The notes under the pieces: model-generated
Database searches by the model: none
Seen by the model: only the letters and a program-made list of their open reading frames with translations
What the model was told of the DNA's origin: nothing
Source: Eledone cirrhosa
Taxonomy: Eukaryota
NCBI GenBank assembly: GCA_964016885.1
Contig: OZ024740.1
Coordinates: forward strand, 119,722,001-119,786,000
Length of the DNA: 64,000 bases
Direction: 5' to 3'
Made by a program: the position numbers and the translations under genes
Shown here: positions 1 through 11,667 of the stretch, piece after piece
Position numbering within the stretch: position 1 is the stretch's first letter
How the letters are laid out: the number at the start of each line of letters is the position of its first letter

Positions 1-3000
1 AACTTACGCTCAAAAATCGATACATTATATTCGATTTCGTCACATAGGGTTGGTCAATTTGAAATATTTTTTTTCCGATGTCTTCGCTAGGGCTCAATGT
101 ACAAGTATAGCAATTTCGGTGCAATTCCGTCAGAGATTCTAAGAGGAGATGTGTGCCAAAAATCGATAGACAGACAGACAACCACAGTTTTATATATATA
201 GACTAGCAGTAAAGCCCGGCGTTGCTCGGGGTCGCTCAGTAGCTGTGTTAAAGTTACAATGTTAAGTTTCTTTCTTGGCTTAAAAACTGTAGTGTCTACT
301 GTGCAGACTTGCATGTGGTGTTTTTGATTAATATTCCCTCAACCAACAATATGCCTTATGAAGTTAAGAAAACAACGATAACCCGAATGTTATAACAAAA
401 GAGGATGCTGGGGATAGAAACTGCACTGGTTATTTATTAACAAAGATCGAAAATGTAAACACTGCAACGCAGAGAAAAACATTAGCGCAACCAAATTATC
501 AGTTATGTCTGTCTGCATGCCTATATCACCTCTCTGCACGACTGTCTGTCTGCACGCCTATATCACCTCTCTGCACGACTGTCTGACTGCACGCCTATAT
601 CACCTCTCTGCACGACTGTCTGTCTGCACGCCTATATCACCTCTCTGCACGACTGTCTGACTGCACGCCTATATCACCTCTCTGCACGACTGTCTGTCTG
701 CACGCCTATATCACCTCTCTGCACGACTCTCTGTCTGCACGCGTATATCACCTCTCTGCACGACTGTCTGTCTGCACGACTGTCTGTCTGCACGCCTAAC
801 GACGAAATATTTGCTTGTTTTACGTAGTCTTTAAATAGACTTGTTTTCAAGTAAAAATATTGTTTTAAAATGCTTTTAAATGGAAATGAAGCAAAACGGA
901 AGCTTCATGTTCGAACTGATGAATTTTGCAGGTCAATATTTTGCTGGCTCGACAACTGTTCGTTCGTGTATTGTGTTAATGTCATTTTAAACGCTGAGAA
1001 AGCCAGCGTAATTTTTTACGTAAGACGCTCAATGTAAACAGAACAAAGGGAAATAACTGATAACTTACGCTCAAAAATCGATACATTATATTCGATTTCG
1101 TCACATAGGGTGGGTCAATTTGAAATATTTTTTTTTCCGATGTCTTCGCTAGGGCTCAATGTACAAGTATAGCAATTTCAGTGCAATTCCGTCCGAGATT
1201 CTAAGAGGAGATGTGTGCCAAAAATCGATAGACAGACAGACAACCACAGTTTTATATATATAGACTAGCAGTAAAGCCCGGCGCTGCTCGGGGTCGCTCA
1301 GTAGCTGTGTTAAAGTTACAATGTTAAGTTTCTTTCTTGGCTTAAAAACTGTAGTGTCTACTGTGCAGACTTGCATGTGGTGTTTTTGATTAATATTCCC
1401 TCAACCAACAATATGCCTTATGAAGTTAAGAAAACAACGATAACCCGAATGTTATAACAAAAGAGGATGCTGGGGATAGAAACTGCACTGGTTATTTATT
1501 AACAAAGATCGAAAATGTAAACACTGCAACGCAGAGAAAAACATTAGCGTAACCAAATTATCAGTTATGTCTGTCTGCACGCCTATATCACCTCTCTGCA
1601 CGACTGTCTGTCTGCACGCCTATATCACCTCTCAGCACGACTGTCTGTCTGCACGCCTATATCACCTCTCTGCACGACTGTCTGTCTGCACGCCTATATC
1701 ACCTCTCTGCACGACTCTCTGTCTGCACGCGTATATCACCTCTCTGCACGACTGTCTGTCTGCACGACTGTCTGTCTGCACGCCTAACGACGAAATATTT
1801 GCTTGTTTTACGTAGTCTTTAAATAGACTTGTTTTCAAGTAAAAATATTGTTTTAAAATGCTTTTAAATGGAAATGAAGCAAAACGGAAGCTTAGTGTTC
1901 GAACTGATGAATTTTGCAGGTCAATATTTTGCTGGCTCGACAACTGTTCGTTCGTGTATTGTGTTAATGTCATTTTAAACGCTGAGAAAGCCAGCGTAAT
2001 TTTTTACGTAAGACGCTCAATGTAAACAGAACAAAGGGAAATAACTGATAACTTACGCTCAAAAATCGATACATTATATTCGATTTCGTCACATAGGGTG
2101 GGTCAATTTGAAATATTTTTTTTTCCGATGTCTTCGCTAGGAGTCAATGTACAAGTATAGCAATTTCGGTGCAATTCCGTCAGAGATTCTAAGAGGAGAT
2201 GTGTGCCAAAAATCGATAGACAGACAGACAACCACAGTTTTATATATATAGACTAGCAGTAAAGCCCGGCGTTGCTCGGGGTCGCTCAGTAGCTGTGTTA
2301 AAGTTACAATGTTAAGTTTCTTTCTTGGCTTAAAAACTGTAGTGTTTACTGTGCACACTTGCATGTGGTGTTTTTGATTAATATTCCCTCAACCAACAAT
2401 ATGCCTTATGAAGTTAAGAAAACATAACGATAACCCGAATGTTATAACAAAAGAGGATGCTGGGGATAGAAACTGCACTGGTTATTTATTAACAAAGATC
2501 GAAAATGTAAACACTGCAACGCAGAGAAAAACATTAGCGTAACCAAATTATCAGTTATGTCTGTCTGCACGCCTATATCACCTCTCTGTACGACTATCTG
2601 TCTGCACGCCTATATCACCTCTCTGCACGACTGTCTGTCTGCACTCCTTTATCACCTCTCTGCACGACTGTCTGTCTGCACGCCTATATCACCTCTCTGC
2701 ACGACTCTCTGTCTGCACGCGTATATCACCTCTCTGCACGACTGTCTGTCTGCACGACTGTCTGTCTGCACGCCTAACGACGAAATATTTGCTTGTTTTA
2801 CGCAGTCTTTAAATAGACTTGTTTTCAAGTAAAAATATTGTTTTAAAATGCTTTTAAATGGAAATGAAGCAAAACGGAAGCTTAGTGTTCGAACTGATGA
2901 ATTTTGCAGGTCAATATTTTGCTGGCTCGAGAACTGTTCGTGTATTGTGTTAATGTCATTTTAAACGCTGAGAAAGCCAGCGTAATTTTTTACGTAAGAC

Positions 3001-3237
3001 GCTCAATGTAAACAGAACAAAGGGAAATAACTGATAACTTACGCTCAAAAATCGATACATTATATTCGATTCCGTCACATAGGGTGGGTCAATTTGAAAT
3101 ATTTTTTTTCCGATGTCTTCGCTAGGGCTCAATGTACAAGTATAGCAATTTCGGTGCAATTCCGTTAGAGATTCTAAGAGGAGATGTGTGCCAAAAATCG
3201 ATAGACAGACAGACAACCACAGTTTTATATATATAGA
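1..3237 (-). mobile_element. Tandem head-to-tail array of a non-autonomous Helitron (partial unit 1-202; units 203-1264, 1265-2252, 2253-3237)
   Basis: On the minus strand each unit starts TCTATATATATAAAAC..GTCTGTCTGTC and ends with hairpin CCCGAGCAACGCCGGG then CTAG. Junctions read CTAG|TC. The last unit is preceded by A (T3238 on +), fitting an A|T target. Confidence 0.85.
507..797. repeat. 37-bp minisatellite (CTGTCTGTCTGCACGCCTATATCACCTCTCTGCACGA)n inside the Helitron unit; also ~1567-1785 and ~2557-2775
   Basis: Direct tandem copies. The unit length difference 1062 vs 988 bp equals 2 x 37. Confidence 0.95.
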
Positions 3238-3470
3238 TTGTGTATGGTTGACGGTATATTTAATCGATTTCGACGTGCTATTGAAATGTTGCTATTGAAA
3301 GGTTGGTCGCGAAGAAATTGCTGTCGTTTATTTATCTACTATTTCTTCTTAGGTGCCTTTTAATCTTATAGCCTGGTCTAGTTGATTTTTTGTGTGGCTA
3401 ATTATGCTAATTGGTAGAGGAAATGGTGTATATATATTATCAAATGATTCTATGGACATACTTTATAGTA
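3238..3470. repeat. Diverged copy of the repeat family found as an inverted structure at 60045-60625
   Basis: Shared tgtgtatggttgacg...cttatagcctggtcta..ttgattttt...aattatgctaattgg.agaggaaat with 60387-60590. Confidence 0.7.
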
Positions 3471-3481
3471 TATATATATAT

Positions 3482-3708
3482 AGGAACGATCGACTTTCGT
3501 CAAATCGGACCGAGGTAACAATGTTTCCGTTGGTCTTTCCAATTGCTAATACTATCTATCGGTCGCAACTCCAGGTAGAAGGAGAAACGTGAAATAAAGT
3601 GTCTTGCTCAAGGAATCGAACTTGGTCCAGGAATCGAACTTGGTCCAGGAATCTAACTCACAACCTTACGATTGCTAATTCTCTAACCACTCAGCCACAC
3701 GCCTTCAC
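3482..3708 (-). mobile_element. tRNA-derived SINE with CORE-like central block
   Basis: Minus strand: GTGGCTGAGTGGTTAGAG (A box), GTTCGATTCC (B box, duplicated), CCTTGAGCAAGACACTTTATTTC. Related to 54565-54770 and 50021-50160. Confidence 0.75.
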
Positions 3709-3799
<91 letters not shown>

Positions 3800-3939
3800 A
3801 AACTCCTTATAAAAAAGATAAAACACCTAAATCTACAAATATAACTAAAAATGGTTGTAGTGAGATCATTAACATTAATCCTCCTAGTAAACATCACGAT
3901 ACAACCTATAAAAATAATAAAAATAATAAACAACATAGA

Positions 3940-4651
3940 AACCGTAATAGACGGGTTACTTGGTATAATGCTCCATTTAATTTACAAATTAAGGATAATA
4001 TTGCTAAAAAATTTTTTTAGATCCTAGAGAAAAACTTCCCGCCAAACCACAAATACCATCAAATCTTAAATAGGTCTACAGTTAAATTCTCATACTCAAC
4101 AACAAATAACATAAAACAAAATATAAGTGCCTATAATGCATATAAATGTAAGAAAACCATAAGTATACCACCAATACATCAAATTAACCATAATATCTCC
4201 TCAAATACAGAATTAACGAAAGGTTGTAACTGTAGAAACAAAGCAAACTGCCCATTAAAAGGGAATTGTCTTGTTAACAACATAGTCTATAAATGTAATG
4301 TTAAGACTAAAGATTCTATTTGCTCATATATAGGAGCTACTTCTAACAATTTTAAGACAAGGTTTAATACCCACAAGCATAGTTTTAAAAATGCCGCACT
4401 GGCTAATACAACATCTCTAGCAGAAAAAAATCAATAGTTATAAAAATAAGAATATAGAATATGATTTGACCTGGAGTGTGCTCAAAAGAGCCACCCCTTA
4501 TCAAAATAATAGAAATGAATGTAGATTATGTTCCCAAGAACTATTTGAAATAATGAAATCTAAGGATATCCTATTAAATAAACGACAGGAATTAATTATA
4601 TCGTGTAATCATAAACTAAAAAAAACATTTAAATATTATAAACCTAATTAA
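3940..4651 (+). pseudogene. PLE RT thumb/linker + GIY-YIG endonuclease remnant
   Basis: Translates RVTWYNAPFN, NFPPNHKYHQILNRSTVKFSYST, CNCRNKANCPLKGNCLVNNIVYKC, YIGATSNNFKTRF, CRLCSQE..LLNKRQE..CNH. Homologous to 13150-13835, with a stop and a frameshift. Confidence 0.9.
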
Positions 4652-5151
4652 TAGCATTATTTTAGAAATTAATATATAATTTAATTTAAATGTTAGTTAA
4701 CCTATAAATTTAATTTAATTAAAATTCTACTACAGATGAGAATATAAAATATTGTGTAATCATAAATTGTGAAAAACCTTTAAATATTACTAATATATAC
4801 TTAGTAATTTAATTTATAGATTAATTTTAATTTATTTAACCCTTTATTAAAATTCCTTTACAGATAAAATATAACAAAATATCGTGTATCCAATGACAGA
4901 GAAATAATTTTAAGTATTATAGACCTAATTAATATACATTTTAGAAATATATTTATAATTTGGTTTTAAATTTAGTCAACCTAAAAATTTAATTTAATTG
5001 GCTTAAAATTAGTATCCTAATACAGACGGATTGCAGAGTGTCATGTAATCATAGAATGGGATGTGTTTTGGATGTATACCTAGTTAATATATTCTTTGCA
5101 ATTTTTGAAAAAATATGTATATGTATGTATGTATGTATGTGTATGTATGTA

Positions 5152-5184
<33 letters not shown>

Positions 5185-5769
5185 GTGTATGTATATGTAT
5201 ATGTATATGTATTAATTTTGATTTCTATTTGCATATAATTATATTCTGCTATTGATAAAATACAATATCTGTTTTATTTATTATATACCTAATTAACATA
5301 TACTATAGAAATTAATATATAATTTTTAATTTAGTTAACCTATAATTTATATTCTACTACCGATGTAATACTTTATTTGTTTTTCCCTATTACTAAATTC
5401 ATTTCCTAATATTGATACCATAACGTTAATAACTTTAATTTAGTTATACTATAATTAATACTCTACTACTATTTAACTTCAATATTCTGCTTCAAATATT
5501 ATAAACCTAACTAATTTACACCTTAGAAATCAATATGTTAACTTTCTTTAGTTTAGTTAACATATAATTAATGGTATACTTATTTTGAAATGCATAATTT
5601 TGCCTTATTTCTTGCATTTCCTAACACTGAAACTATGTAAAAACATATATTGAGATCCAAATACAGATTAATATTCTATGTTTCTTGAAACATATATTTA
5701 CTATAATCCCCTTCTCCACCCCCCCCCCCCCCTTTCCCCCATACTATTATCATCTGTGTTTGTAAGCGT

Positions 5770-5920
5770 GTATGTATGAATATATATGTAGGTAGGTGTA
5801 TATATGTTTGGGTGTTTATATCTGAGTATAAAAATACATATATGCGCATGCAAATAAGAATGTATGATTGTGTGTATATATATATGTATATATATATATG
5901 TGTATATATGCATGTGTATA

Positions 5921-5959
<39 letters not shown>

Positions 5960-6183
5960 ATATGTATATGTGTGTGGGCGTGTATGTGTGTGTATATATA
6001 TATATATATGTGTGTATGTATGTGTATGTATATATCTGTATGTATATGTATGTCTCTCTATATATATGTCTATCTTCGTATCTATGTGAGTATATGTGTG
6101 TATGTACATGTATGCACATGTATATGTTTATGTGTATATGTGTGTATGTGTATATATGTACGTGTGCGCACATATATATGTGA

Positions 6184-6217
<34 letters not shown>

Positions 6218-7049
6218 CTGTGTGTGTATATATATATATTCGTATGTGTATATATATATATTATTTATTATTATAATATAACTTATGTGTATATGTATAT
6301 ATGTGAAGGTGTGTATATGTGTATATATATGTATATATATGTGTAAAAATATATATGTGTATGTGTGTTTTTGTGTGTGTGTATATATATGTATATATGT
6401 GTGTATGTATGTGTTTGTATGTGTGTTTATGGTTGTATGTGTGTGTGGGTATACATATAAATGTATGTGTATATATATATATATATATATATGTATATGT
6501 ATCTCTATTAATGTGTGTATATATGTATATGTATATACCTTTTTCTTTGTATGTCTGAGTTGTGTGAGAGTGTAGTGGTGTTTGTATGTATATACGCATA
6601 TATGGATGCGTATGTATTTGTATATATGCGTATATGTAAGTGCGTATGTGTGTATGAATATATATCTATGTCTATGTATGAGTATGTATGTGTGTGTATG
6701 TATGTGTGTGTGTATGTATGTATGTGTGTATGTGTGTATATATATATATATATATATGTGTGTGTATGTATGTATGTATGTGTATGTATGTACATATATG
6801 TGTATGTATATGTGTATATATATATATGTATATATATATATGTATATATATATGTTTATTTTTTATATATATGTGTGTGTGTGTGTATGTGTGTGTGTAT
6901 ATATATCTTTATATATGTGTATGTGTATGTTTGAGTAGGTGTGTGTGTGTGTGTGACTATATATGTATGTGTGTATGTGTGTATGTATGTATGTGTATGT
7001 GTGTGTACATGTATGTATGTGTATGTATATATGTGTGTATATATGTATG

Positions 7050-7082
<33 letters not shown>

Positions 7083-7298
7083 GTATATGTATCTCTATTT
7101 GTATGTGTATATGTGTATATGTATATACCTTTTTCTTTGTATGTCTGAGTTGTGTGAGAGTGTAGTGGTGTTTGTATGTATATACCGATATATGGATGCG
7201 TAAGTATTTGTATATATGCGTATATATAAGTACGTATGTGTAGGTGAATATATATCTATGTCTTTATATATGTGTGTGTGTGTGTGTTGTATGTGTAG

Positions 7299-7368
<70 letters not shown>

Positions 7369-7900
7369 TTTCTTGATATATTTCTTTTTTCTTTTTCCTT
7401 TTCTTTTCTTTTCTTTTTATTTCGAAGTTTATAGATACATCTATAAATAAGCAGTCTGCCCAAACATTTGAATACTGACCTCTCCCCCCCCCCCTCCCAC
7501 CTAATTTCTGTATCTTGATCTAAATGTGTGTGGCAGTGTTTATGTGAGTGAATTAATATCCATGTGCTTATGATAATATTATATCCACACATATATATGT
7601 GTGTGGGGGTGTGTGTGTGTGTGTATGTTCGTAATTATGTGTATGTTTATGCATATACGCGCGCGTGTGTGTGAGTGTACGGATGTGTGTGAGTATGAGA
7701 ATATGTGTATACACTTATTTCATATTTGTGTGTCTATACGCATTTTATCTGTGGATTATAAACTTACAGAGACATTAGCCTTACAAATTTTCGTATTTGC
7801 ATACATCTTTTTGGCATGCGTATGCATGTTGAGCATATATCTTTGTATAAATATGTGTACGGGGTTAGTTACATGTATATACACACACCAAACTGCATAA
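5770..7900. repeat. Compound (TA)/(TG)/(TATG) microsatellite with an internal ~590-bp duplication
   Basis: Block ttttctttgtatgtctgagttgtgtgagagtgtagtggtgtttg occurs at 6541 and 7131. Confidence 0.9.
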
Positions 7901-7988
7901 AACTTTTTGTATTTTCATTGGTCAATTTTGAACTCCGTTCCCAAACGGACCTGAAATTTTGAATTGTTGTTATTATCAATAAATATAT

Positions 7989-8145
7989 TTCATTATTTCT
8001 GAAGACGGCATATATATGTGTGTTTGGTATGTATATTTAATCTTGATAGTTTGTATAATTTTGTATAATTTTGTACATAGATCTGTTGAATATGCATGCC
8101 AATTCTAACACATATATATCCTAGAAACGATCGTTAAATAATGAA
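7989..8145 (+). ncRNA. Type I hammerhead ribozyme with long stem II and palindromic minimal stem III
   Basis: Stem I TTCATTATTT/AAATAATGAA; CTGAAGA 7999-8005; GAAA 8124-8127; stem III A-CGATCG-T; predicted cleavage after GUU (8135). Confidence 0.8.
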
Positions 8146-8342
8146 CTTTTTTTGTTTAATATAAGGAACTGTTTCATTGTTTTATTCATTATTTGTTTAA
8201 TATTTTATCTTGACTCTGTATTCTGTTTATCTTTCACCGAAAGTGATTTTTCATTACATTTCTTCTTTCCATGATATCCGGAATACATTGAGTTCTTCAT
8301 ACGGATTGGACACTACCGTAAACTCTTGGTAGATTTATCTAC

Positions 8343-8467
<125 letters not shown>

Positions 8468-8494
8468 TATATAGATATATATATATATATATAT

Positions 8495-9660
8495 ATGGAT
8501 TAACAAATAATAGTTAAATGCGTCCACTTAGGTGAAGTCCAGTTATGGTATTCCAGGTAGTGGATGATATTAACGCTTGGCTTGGTTTGACTCAACAAGG
8601 CGTTTTCATAGTGATGATGCGGGTATGCTGTAATTCCTATGTTGTAAACACTTGGAGTAATAATAAATCAGGAAAGAGGTTTACATGGTTTGCTATACAA
8701 AAAAGTTATAATCTTACTCCTTCTCAGCTGCTGCAATCATTTGATCCTAGATCCTAGTTTTTCTCATTTCACTACTACAATGTTACTTTACCTCTTTTTG
8801 CCATAATTACAATTAGCACGCTTTTCTCTTTGCATGTATGTATATATTTGTACGAGTGTATATTGATGTGTATGTATGTGTCTATGTACACATGCATGTG
8901 TATATATGTGTATATATATTTATATATATATGTGTGTGTGTGTATGTGTATGTGTGTGTGCGTACATATATGCGTATATTAATTCGTTAACCTCTGTATT
9001 AACTCTACAACTATTGAGCTTTGACAGTGGTCCCACTCATGTATACTGTTGAAGATGAAGAGAAAGACTGTAAAAACTAGCTTATCTTTATAATTTAAAA
9101 TTGATACACACTACGATACTTTTTGCCTTATGACAGCTGGTTTTCACGCCGTAACATTAGATACATTATATACCCCCCCACCTAAGTAATGTCAGGGTCT
9201 CCTTAAATAATTTATTGATAGCATTGTTGTAATTGTTGTTATTGTTCTAATTGAATGCCATAACTACTCCATATAGTAGCCGTATTTTCTTTTATTTTCT
9301 TGCCTGTGTATTTTCTTCATTCTCGCATGCTCCGAAGATCTGACTGGTTATAATTCTGTATTGGCGATCGAGTAAAGCAAAATTAAGCGGATAGCGATCT
9401 CTAGACATACCAGTTCAGTGAAAGAAATGTAAGCTATGTGATTAAAAACTTTTTTGTATAGCAAACCATGTAAACCTTCTTTCCTGATTTATTATTACTC
9501 CAAGTGTTTACAACATAGGAATTACAGCATACCCGCAGCATCACTATGAAAACGCCTTGTTGAGTCAAACCAAGCCAAGCGTTAATATCATCCACTACCT
9601 GGAATACCATAACTGGACTTCACCTAAGTGGACTGCATTTAACTATTATTTGTTAATCCG
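8495..9660. mobile_element. Non-coding PLE-like insert with ~212-bp terminal inverted repeats in (TA)n
   Basis: 8495-8708 is the reverse complement of ~9447-9660. A hammerhead-like fold lies just upstream of the right arm. Confidence 0.75.
9324..9440 (+). ncRNA. Hammerhead-like fold with variant core CCGAAGA
   Basis: Stem I CGCATGCT/AGC(T)ATGTG; CCGAAGA 9332-9338; stem II CTGACTGG/CCAG(T)TCAG; GAAA 9420-9423; GUA at 9429-9431. Stem III is essentially unpaired. Confidence 0.5.
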
Positions 9661-9675
9661 TATATATATATATAT

Positions 9676-10763
9676 AGAGTGTAATGTTCATCAATACAAC
9701 CCCTAGAGGCGAACTAGCCTACAAATTTAGAAGAGCCCTAAAGAAACATAATCTCAATATTAAGATAGTAGAAAGACCTGGTACCTCCGTAAAAACACTT
9801 ATTAGCAAGACATACCCGTTCCAAAGACCCTCATGTATAGATAAGAAATGTATAACCTGTAAAATAAGCCCCCATATTAACTGTAAAACTAGAAATGTAG
9901 TATATAGCATAAGATGTACTGAAGGACAATGTAAAATATAGTGTACATAGGTGAGACAGCTCGTAGTATAGGGGAACGAATAAATGAACACTGGCGAGAC
10001 CTCCAAGATAGTAAAGAATCATCTGTGCTCTACCAACATGCTAAGATAGAACACAGGGGTAAATTAGAGAGCATAGAAATAAAAATAGAATCCACACACA
10101 AGAAAGACGCAATGTTTAGGCAAATTACAGAGGCAGTAAGCATAAAAGAATTAAAACCAAAATTAAATAGAAAATATGAGTGGAACAGCAACATCACAAC
10201 TTACAATTAAGGACAAAATGAAAACACACACACACATAGAACAAACAACTTACAATTGAAAACACACACAAAATGAAAACACACACAAGACAAAATGAAA
10301 ACACACACACACATAGAACAAACAACCAACCAACAACAAATAAATAAATAAACAAACAAATATAAATAGAAAAATAGAAAAATGAACACAAACACACACA
10401 GACACCCGGATGTGGCGCATGCGCAAACTGAACACGCAACCCACACACAAACAAAATGGCGTAGGATAGAAGAAAGGAAAGGCACAGAAACGAAGAAAGA
10501 AATCCCCAGTCACTGAAGAGGTCACAGAGTGTGTGACGAAAGAACTATGACTATATATATATAAACAACTATCTGGTTGTGGAACCAACCAACCAACCAG
10601 AAATTTATAAATTTGTAAATTTATAAATATATATTAAATTAAATTGAAGTGAAAGCAACTGGTGCGTGTGTTTCTTATTGGCAACATGACCCTCCCAAAG
10701 TATAACAATATCGGTTTCAACACACGATTTCAGATAAAGAATCTTGCTAAACAAATTCAGAAA

Positions 10764-10770
<7 letters not shown>
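9676..10770 (+). mobile_element. 5'-truncated Penelope-like element of a second lineage (GIY-YIG C-terminus, 3' UTR, hammerhead)
   Basis: ORFs 9684-9941 and 9941-10210: CIDKKCITC..CKTRNVVYSIRC..YIGETARSIGERINEH..RQITEAVSI..LNRKYEWN. Flanked by (TA)n. Sister copy at 62925-63815. Confidence 0.88.
10508..10552 (+). ncRNA. Minimal type I hammerhead ribozyme
   Basis: AGTCA-CTGAAGA-G-GTCAC..GTGAC-GAAA-GAAC-TA-TGACT. Conserved in the sister copy at 63561-63604. Confidence 0.7.
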
Positions 10771-10838
<68 letters not shown>

Positions 10839-10947
10839 TATATATTATAATAATAAATTTGAAGACTAAAATCCAAAGAGGGCTCGATAAGGATAAATAT
10901 ATATCAAATATATAAGAGCCGTAGAGCAATTATTTATTAAAATAACA

Positions 10948-11017
10948 GATTAAAGTTTAAGCAAAGAATCGCTGCTTTCACCCTTAACGGGATCTTCTGA
11001 AACTAACAAAGTCAATC
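10948..11017 (-). ncRNA. Hammerhead ribozyme with CAGAAGA core (left, inverted pLTR)
   Basis: Minus strand: AGTTT-CAGAAGA-TCCCGTTAAGGGT-GAAA-GCA..TGC-TT-AAACT. Confidence 0.7.
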
Positions 11018-11667
11018 TGTAAACGCAGAAGTGGATATTTCAAAAAAACGTTGCAACCGGAGGATGACAGGAAGACGATACTTTGGTTCGTGGAAACGTT
11101 CGCTGGCAAAGAACGGGAAAAAACGAATATAATACGTCATTAATAGGAGCGGCGAAAAACAATTACGCGCAAAGACAGAACCACGTTTATGGTATAAAAG
11201 AAGTCGTAGACTAATGTTCTCTTAAGTGGTTCATAGAGACGTTCTCTGGCAATGAACGAAAAAAACCAAGATAATACGTCATATGTGGAGCGTGGAGAAC
11301 AATAGCACGCATAGACAAAACCACGTAAATGGTATAGCAGAAGTCGTAGACTAAAATTCTTACTAGGAAACCGAATGAATCTCCGCTACAGAGTTAAGAA
11401 CAAAGTAAATAAATACAATACAGAAGTAATAGAAATAAATAAATACATACACGCAAACAAATACGTACATGCACAAGCATACGCAAAACACTTACCACAG
11501 ATATACAAAACCACGCACATATAAATATGTGTCTGTATGTATGCGTGTATACAAATAAATAAATAATTATATAAACGTATATAAATAAATAAATACGTAT
11601 ATAACAAGCGCACACACATACCTACATGTAAATACACGAATGTTCGGAGACGTAAGTCAACCAAAAC

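Larger units (their letters stand above)
3800..8340 (+). mobile_element. 5'-truncated Penelope-like element: degenerate GIY-YIG end, probable very long microsatellite-rich 3' region, terminal hammerhead
   Basis: GIY-YIG remnant at 3940-4651 and hammerhead at 7989-8145 in the same orientation, bounded by (TA)n on both sides. That it is one continuous element is inferred. Confidence 0.6.

Noticed and set aside
87-314. Repeated 75-aa ORF (also 1149-1376, 2137-2364)
   Set aside because: It spans the Helitron CTAG|TC junction and recurs only because the unit is repeated. No recognisable domain.
507-797. 37-bp repeats resembling a CRISPR array
   Set aside because: Repeats are contiguous with no unique spacers, there are no cas genes, and the context is a eukaryotic Helitron.
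916-960. CTGATGA in the Helitron unit as a possible hammerhead
   Set aside because: No downstream stem II/GAAA/UH arrangement.
5676-7592. Many ORFs rich in Y/I/C/V/M/H/T here and at other (TA)n tracts
   Set aside because: They are translations of stop-free dinucleotide microsatellites, not genes.
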